This document shows positions 61,945 to 64,000 of a stretch of 64,000 nucleotides of DNA, piece by piece; the first letter of the stretch is position 1, and the number at the start of each line of letters is the position of its first letter. Below the pieces are notes generated by a model that saw only the letters and a program-made list of their open reading frames with translations, made no database searches and was not told where the DNA came from. Location: NCBI GenBank assembly GCA_030390025.1, contig CM059431.1, forward strand, positions 141,734,001 to 141,798,000. The letters are read 5' to 3'. A program made the translations under genes and the position numbers. Source of the stretch: Squalus acanthias. Its lineage: Eukaryota.

Positions 61945-64000
61945 CATAGGCTCACCACCAGTAATGTTAAAATAGGGTCACCATCAGTAATGTTAGAGTA
62001 GGGTCACCATCAGTAATGCTAGACTCGGTTCACCAGGTTCACCAACAGTAATGTTAGAGTAGTTTCAACACCAGTAACGACAGAGTAGGGCTACCACCAG
62101 TTATGTTAGAGCATAGTAAACACCAGTAATGTTAGAGTAGAGTCACCACCAATAATTTTCGAATGGTGTCACCATCAGTTATGATAAAATAGTGTCACCA
62201 CCAATACTGTTTGAGTGGAGACACAACCAGTAATTTTAGAGTAGGTTCACCACCAATAAAGTTAGCGTAGAGTCACCAGCAGTAATGTAATCATCGTGTC
62301 ACAATCAGTAATGTTAGAGTAGCGTCACCACCAGTAATGTTACAGTAGGATCACCATCATTACTGTTAAAGTAGAGTCACCACCAGTAATGTTACAGTAG
62401 AATCACCATCAGTAATGCTAGACTAGGTTTACCACCACTAATGTTTGACCAGGGTCACCAACAGTAATGTTAGAATAGTTTCAACAGTAGTAACGATAGA
62501 ATAGGGTCATCACCCGTTATGTTAGTGCCGGGTAAACACCAAAAATGTTAGAGTAGGTCCACCACCCGTAATATTCGACCAGGGTCACCAACAGTAACGT
62601 TAGAGTAGGGTCACCACCAGTAATGTTAGAGTAGGGTCACCACCAGTAATGTTAGAGTTGAGACACCAACAGTAATGTTAGAGTAGGGTCACCACCAGTA
62701 ATGTTAGAGTAGGGTCATCACCAGTAATGTTAGAGTTGAGACACCACCAGTAATGTTAGAGTGCAGTCAGCACCAGTAATGTTAGTGTGGGGTCACCACC
62801 ATTAATGTTGGAGTAGATTCAGCACCAATAATGTTAGAGTAGGGTCACCAACAGCAATTATACAGAAGGGTTACAATCAATTATGTCAGAGTGGGGTAAC
62901 CAAAGGTACTGTTAAATCACGGTCACCACCAGTAATGTAGGAGAATGGTCACCATCAGTAGTGTTAAATTAGTTTCACGAGGAGAAACTTTAGAGTAAGG
63001 TCACCAACCGTAACGTAAAAGTAGGATCAACACCAGTAAGGTTAGATTTGGGATATAACGATTAATTTTAGAGTAGGTTCACCACTTGTAATGTAGGAGT
63101 AGGATCACTACTGGCAATGATAGACTAGTGTCATGACATTTACACTGAGAGTACGATCAACTTCATTAATGTTAGAGTAGGATCACCACCTGTAATGTTA
63201 GATTAGGGTCACCACCAGTAATGTAAGAATGGTGTCATCACAAGTAATGTTAGAGTAGGGTCATCATCAGTAATGTTACAGTCGAGACAGCACCAGTTAT
63301 GTTAGAGTAGTGTCACCAGCAGTAATGTAATCACCGTGTCAAAGTCAGTATTGTTAGAGTAGAGTCACCACCAGTAATGTTACAGTAGGATCATCATCAG
63401 TAATGCTAGACTAGGTTCACCATTAGTAATGTCCGACCAGGGTCACCAACAGTAATGTTAGAAAAGTTTCAACAGCAGTATCGCTAGAGTAGGGTCACCA
63501 CCAGTTATGTTAGAGCAGGGTAAACACCAATAATGTTACAGTAGGTTCACCACCAGTAATGTTCGACCAGGGACACCAACAGTAATGTTAAAGTAGTTTC
63601 ACCACCAGTAATGTTAGAGTAGGGTCTCCACCAGTAATGTTAGAGTAGAGTCACCAACAGTAATGTTAGAGCAGGGTCACCACCAGTAATGTTGGAGTAG
63701 GGCCACCACCAGTAACGTTGGAGTGGGATCACCATCAGTAATGTTAGAGTAGAGACACGACAACATTTATGTTAGGGTATGGTCAATACCATTAATGTTA
63801 GCGTGGATTCACCATCAGTAATGTTAGTATAGGGTCAGCACCAGTAATGTTAGTGTAGTTTCACCAACAGTAATGCTAGAGTAAGTCACCATCAGTAATG
63901 TTAGTTTAAGTTCCCCACCATTGATTTTAGAGTGGGGTCACAATCAGCTATGTTAGAGCAGTGTCACCATCAGTTGTGTTAGTGTAGTTTCACCACCTGT
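61945..64000. repeat. 26-bp satellite (gggtcaccaccagtaatgttagagta)n running off the window end
   Basis: Period 26 measured from 62608 to 62634; about 78 degenerate copies. Confidence 0.96.

Overview
Vertebrate genomic DNA, most likely a cartilaginous fish (inferred from the repeat families and the NLR type), not prokaryotic. The only host protein-coding gene I can support is a + strand NOD-like receptor with the architecture CARD-like death fold / FISNA-like linker / NACHT / short LRR. I rebuilt it by hand from 8 GT-AG exons between 787 and 27891. They join in frame (2654 coding nt in the window, about 884 aa), and the start exon lies upstream of the window. The introns and the downstream 36 kb are mostly nested transposon debris: CR1 LINEs of several ages, L2, RTE and Tx1 fragments, Penelope-like elements, PIF/Harbinger remnants, a Harbinger-type MITE, a solo LTR and a tRNA-derived SINE. 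There is also a tRNA-Lys pseudogene, several mini/satellites and two kilobase-period tandem arrays (29.3-35.7 kb and 53.0-58.6 kb). The most notable signals are: (i) minimal hammerhead-ribozyme motifs in the Penelope ends, on both strands, including inside the NLR pre-mRNA; (ii) a tandem array whose units each carry a head-to-head Penelope-end palindrome, with the central 12-nt spacer inverted in one unit; (iii) a four-copy array that looks like a duplicated minus-strand promoter/exon cassette; (iv) a hairpin-rich MITE. All calls come from reading the sequence; no searches were run.
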